Shown: positions 1-13,178, counted from the first letter of the whole stretch. The stretch is 63,893 nt of DNA, filler included, from Pelomyxa schiedti (GCA_020536535.1; 5 parts of 5 records of this genome joined end to end with filler, not necessarily neighbours in it), one strand, 5' to 3'. Made by a program: numbers and translations. Notes: generated by a model not told the origin, from the letters alone.

Positions 1-310
1 CTTGTGGTACTTTTTGTGGGCATGTGGTTCCGTCACCCTCCCGCGTTCACTGCCTCCCTGTGCGATCCTTTGCACCACTCGCGAAATAATCCCTCCCGCG
101 GGCTTTTCGGTGGGTACCCCACCGCGTCGCCGTCATCAACGAATTGTTGTTTTTGTGCCTAAATTTCCTACACAAATAAAACACCAGACCGCCGATCCTG
201 AGCCACGATAACGAAAAGTACAGCGTTCCGGTCTGTTGATTATTTTATTCAGCCAAATGGTACCGAAAACCCCTTCACACAGCTACCAATGACAATTGAT
301 TCCACTTGTT

Positions 311-639
311 TCAAGTGACGACGTTGGTGGAATAGCGGTCAAGCAATTCTACATCTGTCCTATGAGCAAGAGTGGCCCGCTCACACCAGAGACACCCAGT
401 TAGGTCTTGGAACCTGTATGGTGTAAGTTTGTGGTCGTGGATATTATGCTTACAGCTTTTCAAAAGCTAGAATAGCTTTCCCCTTGCTCTCCTTGACATG
501 GAACGATCTGACACCCTCTATGTGGAGTTCTACAAACCGTCTCAGTGAAGAAGTTAAAAACAATGGAAAGTCCACACTTGGCGTCGTCCTGATATACAGA
601 AAGAATGTGCGGGTCTCATCAGTGGTATGTGTGTGTCTA
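311..639 (-). CDS. BRCT-WGR protein, 3' exons (copy 1; WGR-like domain end and stop)
   Basis: Spliced translation ...SFHVKESKGKAILAFEKL|FQDLTGCLWCERATLAHRTDVELLDRYSTNVVT* resembles the WGR C-terminal motif (A..F.K.F.DKTG..W..R). 519-639 is identical to 13322-13442. Confidence 0.55.
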
Positions 640-774
640 NNNNNNNNNNNNNNNNNNNNNNNNNNNNNNNNNNNNNNNNNNNNNNNNNNNNNNNNNNNNN
701 NNNNNNNNNNNNNNNNNNNNNNNNNNNNNNNNNNNNNNNCTATTGTGTTCCTTAACCACACAAATTAATGCCAG

Positions 775-999
775 GTTGATGCCAATAGAGACCCGTATGA
801 AGTAAGGAAACAGCGGGAAGTGCTCGCGGAAACAGAAGCTATGATTGAAGATAGCCGCAAACGGCTGTCTCGGGCAAGAGACGACCTGGCCGCGCTGCTC
901 AGTAGCCATCAGAATGACTCCACCCTTACTTCGGACGAGGAATGGGTGAACGCGAAGCATGTTCTGGACCAGTCTGAGATAAAGACAAGCTCATCCTAA
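775..999 (+). CDS. TBCA: Tubulin-specific chaperone A, last exon (5' part lies in the N gap)
   Basis: After a CAG acceptor: VDANRDPYEVRKQREVLAETEAMIEDSRKRLSRARDDLAALL...EEWVNAKHVL*, matching the TBCA pattern D.Y..KKQ.EVL.E...MIPD...RL. Not in the supplied ORF track. Confidence 0.8.
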   Translation, partial: VDANRDPYEVRKQREVLAETEAMIEDSRKRLSRARDDLAALLSSHQNDSTLTSDEEWVNAKHVLDQSEIKTSSS

Positions 1000-1113
1000 C
1001 TCGCTGCTGCAACTCTGACTATGTACATAATGGCACAATAAAACATGGAACAACTTGCAGAAGGATTTTCTATTATTACTACGAGTATATGGAGCAAACA
1101 CCGATGGTGGGTA

Positions 1114-4100
1114 CTAATGTTTTCCTTTTGGCTTCCCTCCCTTTGATTTGCTTTTTGCTTCACTTTCGCTTGAGCTCTCATTGTCTTTCTCTGGCTTTTT
1201 CTCTTCCACACTACTGTCATCACCTTTTGGTTTGGATGTTGCTGGTTTTGTACTGCCTTTCTCACCCTCATCACTATCACTTGTGCTTTTCGTTTTTGTT
1301 GTTGGAGTTGGTTTCTTGCCTGATACTTTTTCTGTTTCTCCCTCGTTGTCACTTTTCCCTTTTGTTGGTTTTTCTGCTGGTTCCTTGTGATCACCCTTGC
1401 TGCTACTATCTGTCTTCTTTGACTTTGCTGGTGTTTTTCGTGCTGCACTCTTTCTGGGTCTTTTAGCATCACCAGGCGAATAGTCACTCTCTGAAGACGA
1501 TGATGATGAAGAGGACCCGGAACTGTCGTCACTGCCGGATTTTCTCTTCCTAATAGTGTAAGAATAAGAAAACCTAAATTGAGTGAGAATTACCTCTTAG
1601 CGGGAAGAGATTTTGGTGTTTTCCTGAATAGACAGTGAGAGGAGTAAACGTAAAAAAAAGGAAAAGATACATTGGGGAAAGTTCTTCCAGTCGAAGTTGC
1701 TTCTGCTGTGGGGGAGAATATATGTTGGGTATTAGCCGGAGGAAGAAAAAGTTGCAAGGAGTGGCCTTTCACACCTTCTTGCCGGTTGTTGATTTCTTGG
1801 AACTGGAGGGTGAGCCGGGGCCGCGTTTGGATGGAGTCTGGGGGTTGAATATTTGCTGTTGTTGGCGTGTGGTGGGTGCAGGAATGGCAATTTGGCCAAG
1901 AACAGTTGAATCCTGATTGTTGAGGAACAAACAAGTTAGGGGGAAGCGGTGCGATGGGTAGAGAGTGTGGAGGAGTGAGTACCAGTGATTTGTCCACTGA
2001 AACTGGCTTCTTGAAGTAAAGAGTGTCGAGGAAGATGTTTTTGACATTCGCACTTGCCACAGAGTTGCTGGGAGCAGCAGACACACTTCCGCGGAGAGTT
2101 CCAGATTTTTGAGTCAACAACTGCTCGCATATTTGGGCAACCATGTGGAGATTCTTCAAGAAGACTTGTGAGATTCTGTTCCCATATTATGGGTGATATA
2201 CCTGAGTAAGTGGGGGATCCAGAGCATCATCAGTGATTTGTATAAATTTTACAAGTTGCACAAGGAAATCATAGTTATTGTTCTGCAGAAGACAACGTAG
2301 AAAATTGCCGATAAACCTTGATTGGAAATGAAGGAGTTAAGGTAAAGGGAAGACGGTACTCTTTGCTTACTCGCATGTAGAACTATAATCATGCTTGGGG
2401 TCTTCCTTTTCACTCATAAATGAGTCTGTCCTCGCAAGTATCGAAATGAGGTATGGAAGAGCGTTTTCGGGAAGTATTGCAAAGTTCTGTGTTTGCCCAG
2501 CCTCTGCGGGAGGAAAAAAGTTAGAAGTGATATGAAACTCCTGTCGCCATTTCAAGAGGAAATTCACCTTGTTCTGGTTCAATTTGCTGTTGAACTTGCA
2601 TAGCATACACTCTCCTGGCTTGAATTCCTTGAGCAATCCCCAATTTCGCCTGTGGGTCTTCATTTACTATTCGCCAAGGGGAGATAAAAAGAAGCACACA
2701 CCACAGCCGCGACTTCTTTGTTTTCATCGTGCGTGAACAGAACCAGCATTGCAAGATATCGAAGTGGCAGTTGCACATGTTTAATCCAAAAAGACAGTTT
2801 TTTGACGATTTTTCTCCGATTTTTTATTTCTGGATCCTGAAAACTGTTGTTAGCACAGAGTGGAGGAAGATCGTCAGAGGTAAGAATACCTTGTGTGAGT
2901 TGCACAAGTGCTGGAAGTCTTCTGGAGAAAATAAGGTCTCATATTGCTTGAGTCGCCCGAGATGAATCAATCCAAGGACACAAGTCCGCCTGAGAAGGCA
3001 TTTTTCTGACTCGCTGATTCATAAGAAATAATCAGAAAAAAGAACAAAATGAAATCGGAATTTTGAACGAACCTCTGAACAGTATCGAGGAGTGTTCCCT
3101 TGCTTTTTATCAAATCGAACATCAGCTTGACATAAGGCCGGCTGACAAGAAGGACATTTTCTCGTACATTCAGAAGGTAGGAAACCATCAGCTTGATTGA
3201 ATACATCTGTTGTTGTGGTGGTGGTATTGCTCAGAAATAAAATGGAAAACAATCAGAGAAGAAACCAACTTTGGCAATTACTTTCACATCATCTTCTTTC
3301 GATTTTGTAGATTTCGGTTTTTTCTATTTTCACACAAACGGAGTAAGTAGATGTGAAACAGGTTTTTCCACACATACAAGGCTCTTTCTCAACACATTGT
3401 CAGTGACCCAGTCAAGTATTTTTTCCGCGTGAGGCTGGAAAATAACAGGGGTGCTTGCTGCAATATGCCTGCAGGCTAATTTTTTGGAGAAGTCATTTCC
3501 CAGTGTGTTGTACTGTTGGAGGGAGTGTTGCCTTGGATCAATGTTGGTGCGTATTCATCCACTTTTCTCTGCAGAGCTGCAAAGAGCTTCAACACGAGAG
3601 GATCCAGTTGTTCTTCAGGGTGTGTCATTTTAGAGAGACATCTTTGCAAGTTGAGTGAGTGAATACAAAAAAGAATGATCACGTCAATGTTATTACCTCA
3701 CTGAATTTTTGGATTGGAAAGGAGTCCCCACTTTGCACAGCTCGACCAAACGTTTACACAGCGAACTGTTATTGTGTATTATTATTTTGGAGAGAATTTG
3801 ATTGAACCTTTTTTGATCCTGAAGGTCGGCGCCCTCAATAGAAAATCTCAGCATAACAAGGGAATTGTCCACGAATTCTGTGTCCGGCTCTTGGACAAGT
3901 CTGACAATATCCATTATCGATGGCTGTGGTGATAGTGAAGTGGTGTTACGCCCAATGCAAATCAGAAAAGGCCAAACTATTCCATACTTGTACAAAACTG
4001 GGGTAAAGAGTGGCCACTGTCTTCAACAAAGCAAGAAGGGGAACAATGGAGAGAGGTGCATTTTCAGCGTCAATATCATCAGTATTGGAAATACACTTTC

Positions 4101-7100
4101 TCACACGTTCAAATATCTATTGTTGCGGTTGAACTTGTGAGTGTTTCATAGTACAAGAATTTATGAAGTGTTGGTAATATTAATATATACATAGGGAATG
4201 TCCTCTTTTGAGATTATAGTCATTGAAAGTCTGGTCATCAGAAGAGAAGTGTAGGTCATGAGAGCTGTTTTCTTTCCACTCTTGGGTTCAATCAACCGAA
4301 TCAACTTTTTCTGGATATATGAACACCATGGTGAGCATCTACGTAACCTGGGATGAGTGTGGTGGTGCTGTGCTTAGGGCGCTTGATTCTTACTGCAGCT
4401 TCCTGTTGAGCAACCCGACCAGCTGTAGGCTCAGCGATGACTTCAAGTCGCTTGAATATCTCAGAAGACTCCTTGGATTCATGCAACCTTTTTAACATGT
4501 CTTTGCTCTTCTCTGCTGAATCAATCGGGAAAAGCTCCGCCTGTTTTGGGTGGTGGAGTGAGTGAAAAAAAGGGAAGTTTTGGGAGAGAACATACAAGTT
4601 CAGACATCTTTTTATAAAGAAGTTCCGCACTCGTCTTGTTATTTTTCCGTATTTCAAGGAAATTGGAAAATTCCCTTTGAAATCTGAACTTGAATGAGAT
4701 AGGTGACCATAGGGGGGTGCATTCATTGATATTAAAGTGAATAACCCCATACTTCTTTTTATCGGTCATAAAAACTTCAAAGGACTTGTGAGCGTGTTCA
4801 TCAAATGACTCCACAAGTTCAATCAACCACGCTGTTCGTTTTTTCATTGCCTGGCAGTGGCGTCAATGAAAATAATGTTCCCAACGAGTATTAAATGTAC
4901 CTTGTGAGAAATAGACACCTTTTTCGATGGTGATGACGTGGATGCAAAGTCCGGCAAAAGTGTTTTATCTAAAACCGTCTCAACATGCAATCTACAGAGG
5001 AAACAAGTAAAAATTTCAACTGCATCATGTGCAACAGGATATACGTACTTGTCTTCAATCGTGTTCAAGAGGAGATAACAGCAAACAATTTTGCGTGGGA
5101 TCCACCCGAACTTCGTCATTAAATCTTTGGACCATTTGTGTCTGGGTGGATGTAAGTTTTTACTTTTCTTTTTTCACGGTGTTATTTGAAGGGAATTACC
5201 TTGAACCATTCTGGGATGTCAGAATAGAATACAGTTCGGATAAGTCGACAAGAGCTTGCTGGCGAACTTCAGGCTTTTGATAATCAACTTAGTGAAGTCA
5301 GAGATACAACAGTCATTGATACCTTTCTATCTCGAAGACGTTCACCCAGATTCTCTATCACAGACGGTTGAACACACTCGATATTCGTTTTCAAAGCCAT
5401 GCATATCCCAGTCACTGCTGCCTTCCTCACAGATTCATCAGGGTCTTTGAGCCGGTTGGTGAGATCCACTAAGATTGACGTTAGTGATGACTGGGTGAGA
5501 GACTCTCACAAGAGAAGTCAGGCTCCCGATTTGTTGGTATGAAATGAGCTGCAAAGTCAATCATTGTGCATCGAATTTTGGGATCAATGTCATTGAACCG
5601 GGACATAAAAGTAAGAAAAAGCTGGCGATAGTTGGTGCAAAGTTGGGGCTATTTCAATGTAAGAATGTGAACAGAAAATCGTTCAGAGGCGCACAGTTTG
5701 CACGATCATTCTTCCAAGTAATAACACAGCACCCTGCCTGACTTTGGTATCTTTAATTTTCAATTCTTGCTCCAACCTTCATCATTGAGATGAAGGAATG
5801 GAATTGTTAGTTCTGGAAAGTTGTTCTATTTTTTACTACACACTGTGGTAAAATGTATAAAAGAGTGGCTGGAGCAAATTTGTTGAGCTCGAATATCTTA
5901 CAATGAATAAGAGGCATGCAGAAAAGGAAAAAAAATGAGAGTACAATGTGATGGATCTCTTTCTTCACTTCACTCTCTGGGAATTTTCCTTCACCCAAAT
6001 TCTGAAGGTAGGTGGACAAGTAACGCTGGATAATAGAAGTTGAAAGAATGAGACCTTGAGTGAAGAATGAAGCAGCATACTTGCAATGCTGTGGAGCATT
6101 TGATAATAAGTCTCTGTGATAAGTCATTGGCTGCAGGATTTTCCTTCTTTTTTGTGAGGGGAAGCAGGATCATTTCCATGATCTCTGGTGGAACCTGCGA
6201 GATGATACGTTAAATGTATAAACTGCTGGGTTAGGAAGGGACCTGATCGCCGTCCTCTATGCAAGCAGCCAGCAATTCCACGAAGTTGCTCAGTACTCCG
6301 TTTGACATATCATTTCTATGGTTTAGGTTTAGATAGAGTTATTTCGAGACGGGAATTGGCAACCTTACTATCCCATAAAGAGTTTCAAATAGATCATGGA
6401 CGAGTTCATTTGCACCCATATCAAGCAGTAGAACTGGGGCTTTGACTGCCGCCAGCTTTTCAAGCAAGTAGTAATGTTTAATGAAGTTCGGAGAATTAGA
6501 CTGCTCCACTCCACTCAGTTGATCAATAAAAAGCTTAAAAATTTCCTGTTGTTGAAATTAGCCCTCATTTACCGAGAGAGTGCAAAAACCTTGAATTGGG
6601 GATCAGGGAATGGACAATCAGGAACACAAATTCTCATCAGGTCAACCAAACAGCATGCAACAAGTAGTTTAACATCTGAGTCCCTGTGTTTCAGCAGCCA
6701 ATCCTGTGCTGCAGCTGCACTTACCATAGCAATGTCAGATTTGTTGTTATATTGTTGTATGTTGGACAGCACAGTCTGAAGCTTCTAAAACAGGAAGTTA
6801 GTGGACCAAACTCCCGCAAATGACAGATACAACCTTGAGGCGTTTGATTAATTCGGGCTTTGGCATCTTGGTCGTGAACCGTATATCTGGCAGCAAACTG
6901 TGAAGGTCCCTACTTGATGCAACTTCATCACCACCTTCCTCAGCATCCATGTCATCATCAGCTTCCACTGCCTTTTTTGGTGCCTGTGGTGCAGGTTTTT
7001 TGGGCCGCGGAGCAGAGGCAGCATGGCTTCCATCATCTTGCTGTCGGTCTTCACTGTCACTGTCCCTAGTGCCCATAACTCCATCAATGTCTTCACCACT

Positions 7101-8012
7101 GCTATCTCGGTGTGTCTGCTTGCTCTTATTCTTCTGGCCCGAAGATTTGTGATCACCTTCACTGTCAGATGAGGAACTGGTGGTGGTTGTTTTGTGTTTC
7201 TTGTGAGCACTAGCACCCTTGGCAACGTTCTTTGAAGAAGATGATGATGAAGGTGCCTTTGCGGAGTCAGTCTTTCCTTTTCCTTTTCCATTTGCCTTGC
7301 CCGTTGCCTTGTCTTTTGATGACGACGATGACGGGGACGGGGTCACACTGGCACCACTTTCATTGGCCTTTTCCTTCCCTTTGGCCGTTCCTTTTCCTTT
7401 TCCGTTTGCAGCAGCGGGGGCGGCAGGTTTCTCCACCACCCCCTCCCCTTTCCCTTCCCCATCTTCCTCGTCCTTGTCCTTTGCTTTGGTTTTACCTGTT
7501 CCCTTTCCTTTGGTTGGTGTGTCTGATGACGGCGGTGATGATGATGATGACGATGACGACGAGGCAGCAGCCTTCCCTTTGCCCCCCTTCCCCTTCCCCT
7601 TCCCCTTCCCCTTTCCCTTTCCCTTTCCCTTCCCGTTGCCTTTGTCCCTGTCCTTGTGGCCGTGTTTGTGCTTGTCCTTGCCCTTGTGGGCATCATCATC
7701 ATCATCATTACCACCCTCCGACGACGGGGACGAGGACGAGGAGGGGGCTGTGTCCTTGTCCTTGTCCTTGTCCCTGCTGCTCCTTCTGCGCCCCCTTATC
7801 TCGCTGGCCGCGGCGGCGTGTGTGCTCTTGCTGCCGCGGTGCTGCTGGTGATGGTGATGGTGATGGTGATGGTGATCCTTGTGCTTGTGGCTGTGGCTGT
7901 GGTCGCCCCCCGGCGACGGCGACGAGGAGGACGACGGGGACGGGGAGCGCGGGGTGCGGGACTTGGCGTTGCCGCGGCCCCGTTCCGTGTTGTTGTTGTC
8001 CGTGTGGCTCAT
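1114..8012 (-). CDS. PDS5: Sister chromatid cohesion protein PDS5 (multi-exon, HEAT repeats, low-complexity N- and C-tails)
   Basis: Exon peptides LLKHRDSDVKLLVACCLVDLMRICVPDCPF, RLKDPDESVRKAAV, ERLRDRK, WIPRKIVCCY and LPENALPYLISILA are PDS5 hallmarks. S/K/E-rich tail ends at TAG 1114-1116. Confidence 0.9.
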
Positions 8013-8297
8013 CGGTGTTGTTTGTTTGATGTTTTGGCTCCTTACACTAACCAACATGACCCTTGGTTTGATGGCCGCCTATCGTGTGGACAAGAGTTGT
8101 TGTTGTGTGTAAGGCTTATTGCTGCTTGACAAAAAGAGTTACAGGGGTTGTTGTGTGATTGGAAAACCCAATCATGCAGGGGTGGTGTGGAGAGGTGTTG
8201 TGTGGGTGCTGGGACCTAATCTAAAAATGCCTACTACTGCTGATTAGTCACTAGCAGTGTTATTTGTGTACTACTACTACTAGCTGGCACCTATCTC

Positions 8298-10749
8298 CTA
8301 GTACTCGCCTAGCTGCCTGAGCCTCTCCTGTGCACGGGCATACTTCTGTGATGCAGATAGCCAGTACAGCTTCTTTGCCTCTGTGAGGTTCTTCTCCACT
8401 CCCTTGCCTGTCTCCAAGCAAGCCCCAAGGCTGTACTGTGCCCCCTCGTACCCTTGCTCAGCACCAAGCCTGTGTAGCCTCACCGCTTCCTCGTAGTTCT
8501 TCTCTATCCCCTTTCCAACCTCATAGCACAGTCCCAGGTTGTGCTGTGCATATGCGCAGCCGTTTGCAACTGCAAGCCGGTACCAGCGGATAGCTTCCTC
8601 CATGTTCACGGCCACTGTGGTTCCGTTCTCATAGCACAGCCCTAGTTCGTCCTGTGCAAGCCCGTTGTTCTGTGCCGCGGCCTGCCGGTACAGTTCTATG
8701 GCCCGGTGTTCATTGGTTTCGGTTCCGCTCCAGCCGTACTGGTAGCATAATGCGAGGTAGTTCTGTGCTAGGCTGTTGCCGAGATTGGCGGCGTAGGAGT
8801 AGTTGGGCAGAACCTCTTTGTCATCTTTGGTAACTCCTATGCTCCACTGGTACATGAATCCCAGCATGAAGTGGCCTACCGCCGAGTGCTTGAGGCATGC
8901 TGATTGGCTGAGCTTGTGAACCATTTTCACCAGGAACTGCTGGGATACAGAGTTGCATTCCTTTGCTCTGGAGATTATTTCGTTTCGCTGGAATATGGAG
9001 TACGGTCTATTCACAAAAAGACCCGGCTGAAGATCGAAGATGAACCGAAGAAGTAGGAAGCAAGTGGCATCTGTCCTTGTCCTCTTCCTCAACATCACTT
9101 GGCAGTTTTTGAAAGCTTGAGAAAAATTGCCTTCCGCAAACAGTGTTAAAGTAAGGAACAGGAAATCTTCATCACCTAAAGGAAAGGATTAGTTAAGGAA
9201 AGAAAGGTGAATAGGATAATTGTACTTGGTTCGCAGTGTATTTCACTGATTAACTTCAAGATATCATCCGTTCTAATGTTGAAAGTGGGAGATTGTTCAC
9301 AAGGTTCCAAAATTTTTGGATCTACAATGGCATTCTGGAAAGAAATTCAGTTCGAGAAGCAAAGTAGCGAAATATTACCCTCTCGGCATAAGTTGCGTTC
9401 TGTACAGCGAGAAGTACAGTGACCGGGTCCTTCATACCGCCGGAAGTATGAGCATCGCGGACATGTTGCTCTACTTCCGCTAGATGCATCACAGCTTTGT
9501 TGAGTTGAGACCGTTGTTCCTCCAGCCTTTCAGATTTCACTTTGCATAACCTTGTGGCTTCTTGGATGACAAAAGATTTCTGTTTCTCAATATTTTCTTG
9601 TATCAACATAAACGATTCTCCAACACGTGCTTCAATTGTGGTTTCAGTCTGTAAGATAAGGATACATTAAGAGAGAGATGGATGGAATAGGCGAATGAAA
9701 CCTTTTTAATTGAATCGAGAATGGAATCAATGGAACTTATGGCTTCCACCAAAGATATCAATGTCTTATTAACAGATTCGCCAATGACAGGCAGTGTCGG
9801 ATAAATTTCTTTTGCTTGAACCGGAATCTCTTCTAATTCATGTGTGCGGTGCTCCCGAAGCCCACAGGAAAGGCAGATGAGGGTTTGATCGGTTTTACAG
9901 AAATATTTTAGTGGTTCATTCGAGTGCTTAAAGCACATCCCTGTGTGACGAGTTAGACAAATTGAGAAGCACGGGAAAGAGTGTACTGGATGAGGCAACT
10001 AAAGGAGTGGATGGAACTGGGCTCTTTTGATGCCCCCGTTTCAATTTCATGGAATGCACAGTTGGCCAGCATTCGTCGCAATACACTTTGCTGCACTCCG
10101 TGCAATGTGCAGTTCCCTTCTCACCGCACCCATCGCATGATACAATGGAGTCTATCCTGCTATCTTGCCTCTTCTTCATCGAGATAAGCTCTGCCAGAGC
10201 TTTGTTTGGCTTGAGGGCAGCCAGTCCCTCTGAGCGAGGAACCTTTGTTGCGTGGTTGCACCTTGCGCACGTTACCGTGAATGTAGTGGATGCCCCGGAG
10301 CTTGCAGCACCCAAAACGGATGTTGGGTTCCTCTCCTCATCACCAGGGTGAAGTTGCTCGTAAACGATAATCCTCTCCACACATCTTCTACACATGCTGT
10401 CTCCACACTGCAGAATGTTATCGATGGTAGTAGTAGGGTTTATTTACAATCCTTGTGTGTATTCGAGTTTTGGTTATGAACGAAAACACAAAAGTAATCT
10501 CGTTGTTTTACAAATAACAAACAAATTGCAAACAGAGACAATAATGGTACATACATCTAAAACCACGGGATTCTCGTAGACGCCGAGGCAGAACGCGCAA
10601 ACTACCGACGAATCCGTTGACGTCACTTCCCCCGGCACAGCAACTGCGGCAACCACCACCGACGGCGACGCCTCCACCCCCGCCGTCGTCGCCGCTGCTG
10701 CCGACGTTGTAGCCGCCGCGTTCCCCTGTGGCGTCGCCTGTTGGCTCAT
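8298..10749 (-). CDS. TRIM-like protein: RING, B-box1, B-box2, coiled coil, SEL1-like repeats
   Basis: RING CAFC..VVLD|CGDSMCRRC..CARC; B-box CDGC..AHCTECSKVYCDECWPTVH..H; B-box CFKHSNEPLKYFCKTDQTLICLSC..EHRTH; helical region; about 5 SEL1 repeats (AQHNLGLCYEVGKGIEKNYEEAVRLHRLGAEQG). Confidence 0.85.
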
Positions 10750-10911
10750 TCCCCTCACAGCTGCCCGAGATTTATTTCAAGTAAAACAGGAACAAACGAA
10801 TCACAATCACAATCACACGAAAGGAACAAGTAAAAGAAACGAAACCTTGGTATTGGTGTATCTGTTGGTTTGTCCATTTGGGTTGGTTTGTGGATGGATT
10901 GGGGGTTTGGG

Positions 10912-13178
10912 TTATATCCTGGACTTCTTCTTCTTTGTGGACTGGACGATGGTGATATCTTCTTCCTCTTCTTGCCGGCTCCGGCGGCGCTGGCGCTTGC
11001 GGCCGCGGCGGCGGCGTCGGCGGCGTCGGCGGAGTCCTGGGCCTCGATGGCGACGCGGAGGGGCAGCTGGTCCTTCATGCCGGGGCCGCTCAGCACGATG
11101 TGGGGCTGGTGCGACGCCCGCTGCACGCGGCGCATGGCGTCCACAGAGGCCAGGGGTGTGTCCGTGGAGCCGCTGCGTTTGCGGGCAAGTTCTTCCTGAA
11201 TTGCCCATCAGTAATTTGTTGTGTCTTGTGAGTTGTGGTGATGCAATGTAATTTGATGCGGTGCGGTGCGGGGTAGTGTGATGCGGCTGTGCATTAGCAA
11301 TTGTAATTGGTTAGGGTTGGGTTGTGGTGATGCGGTTGAGAGGGTTGAATACCTGGTATTTGCGGAGTGCTTTGTCCAGCTTGTTCTTGCCGGGGCATTT
11401 GCCGTGGAACTTGTAGGAGAGGCGCCTGAAAGCTTCTTTGGGTGTAAGTACACGGCCTGGTGGGAAATTAGTTTGGGATGAAGAAAAGCAGCGGAAGACG
11501 CATACCGTATTCATCTGTGTATTATAGTCTGATGTTGGGAGCAGGGTCGTCTGTTTTGTTAAGTGTCAAAACAATGATCTTTAGCTCTGACGGCATTGTT
11601 CACAAGACCGTGTTCATCTGCTACAACACCTCGTCGTTGAAGCATTCACCAACTCCTGATGAAACAAGCAGCTCATCCTTTATAAAAGACAAAAAAAGAG
11701 GGAGCAACAACAACAAGTACCACCAAGACACAAGTCACAACACCAAATGATATGGTGAGATATCAATATTATTTATAAAAGTGGCGTACCTCTAATGGAT
11801 TGGCCTCGTTTTCTTCTTCGCTTGATGACTCTTCCTTAACTTCTTCGAATTCCTGTTCACCTCCATCAACAACAGTCTTCCACCTACTCTGAAGATCCTG
11901 TGGCTTCTCTGTATCAGGTTCTTTCATTTTTCACAACCACTCGCTCTTGTACTGAAGTCTTGGGAGTTTCTGATGATGATGTGGTTGTTGTACTTGAGGT
12001 TGTAGTTGTAGTGCTAGTAGTTTGAGTGGTACTTGGAACCTCTTCTGCCGGCCGGCTCTTGAGGCTTTACAGCAGTAGAAGCCGGCAGGCTTCTGCAGAA
12101 CCAAAATTCCCCGATTTGGGTGAGAACCAAGTCCGATGCGAGGGAATTAGCAGGAACGCTCTCACTCTCGACTTTAATTCCAACACGTTCCACGATATCT
12201 GTTTCTGAACGTGGGAGTTTCTTGGATTCTGTGGACTTGAGTTGTCTTGCTCTCGACATCTCTTTCAGCTTTCGTTAATGACATTGCTGAAGTTTTCTTC
12301 GGTTTTCGGAACTTGGCAGTTTCTTCACTGGTGGAGTAATCAGAAGCTATTTTGGAGTTGGAGTCAAGATACACAATAGGCAATGATGATGATCCGCCCG
12401 ACGATGCTCCTAATGCAGTCTACTTTTGGGTCAGCTGTCCAATTGTGTAGACGGGAGGTGCTGGCCGTTCGTCACAAAACTGTATTTGCACCCGTGAGCT
12501 CCTCGTTTGCTGGCTTGTGTGGCTTGGACCCTTCAATTGCACGCACCCTTCTTTCTTCCTCCGCGAGGGCACATTTTCCAACAGATCCCCTTTGGTGGGC
12601 TGACTTGATTGCCATCATCCAAAATAGGGGCATCAGCAAGGGTAGGATGACCGGTTATCCTTCTTGAAGCTGAATTCCTTGCAGTTTCTTCGAGGAGCAT
12701 GTGGCATCTTTCTTCTCCCCCTCGATTGCTTGGTCTTCTTCATCCTTTCTTTCTTCAGGGACTCAGAGAGAGACATTGCACTTGCCCTGAGTTTTTTGTT
12801 CATCTCTCGCTGCAATTTCATCGTTTTCAGTGCACTCGTTTTGCCACACCCACTGCAATACTCACAACAACCACATCAGCAACTCCAGAATCGGGGGTCC
12901 CTGGTGTTTTGGGCTTGGAGGTGGTATCCAACGGGCTTGGCCCCGATTTTGTTTGTTCCCTCCACGTCCTGTCTTTTTCCACTCCTCTGGTGGTGCCCCG
13001 CCTTGTGTCCCTGTCTCGCCCCCTCTCTCTGTCCCCCGTCTCGGTCCCTGTCCCTGTCCCTGTCCCTGTCTCTGTCTCTGTCCTTCCCCCTGTTCTTGCC
13101 CTTGTGGTACTTTTTGTGGGCATGTGGTTCCGTCACCCTCCCGCGTTCACTGCCTCCCTGTGCGATCCTTTGCACCAC
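10912..13178 (-). pseudogene. SART1: U4/U6.U5 tri-snRNP protein SART1/Snu66 with frameshifts and an in-frame stop
   Basis: (RD)n N-terminus, broken HIND motif (VEGTNKIGAK/..PL), EETAKFRKPKK, PNIRL*YTDEYG|RVLTPKEAFRRLSYKFHGKCPGKNK, DTPLASVDAMRRVQRASHQPHIVLSG. TAA at 11522-11524. Confidence 0.75.

Noticed and set aside
7219-8129. Long plus-strand ORFs over GC-rich repeats (similar cases at 17279-17691, 29924-30754, 39375-39911)
   Set aside because: Antisense or alternate-frame shadows of low-complexity exons of real genes.
11522-11524. In-frame TAA at a conserved Glu suggesting stop-codon reassignment
   Set aside because: TAA terminates TBCA and the V-ATPase gene normally, and the same SART1 copy also has frameshifts.
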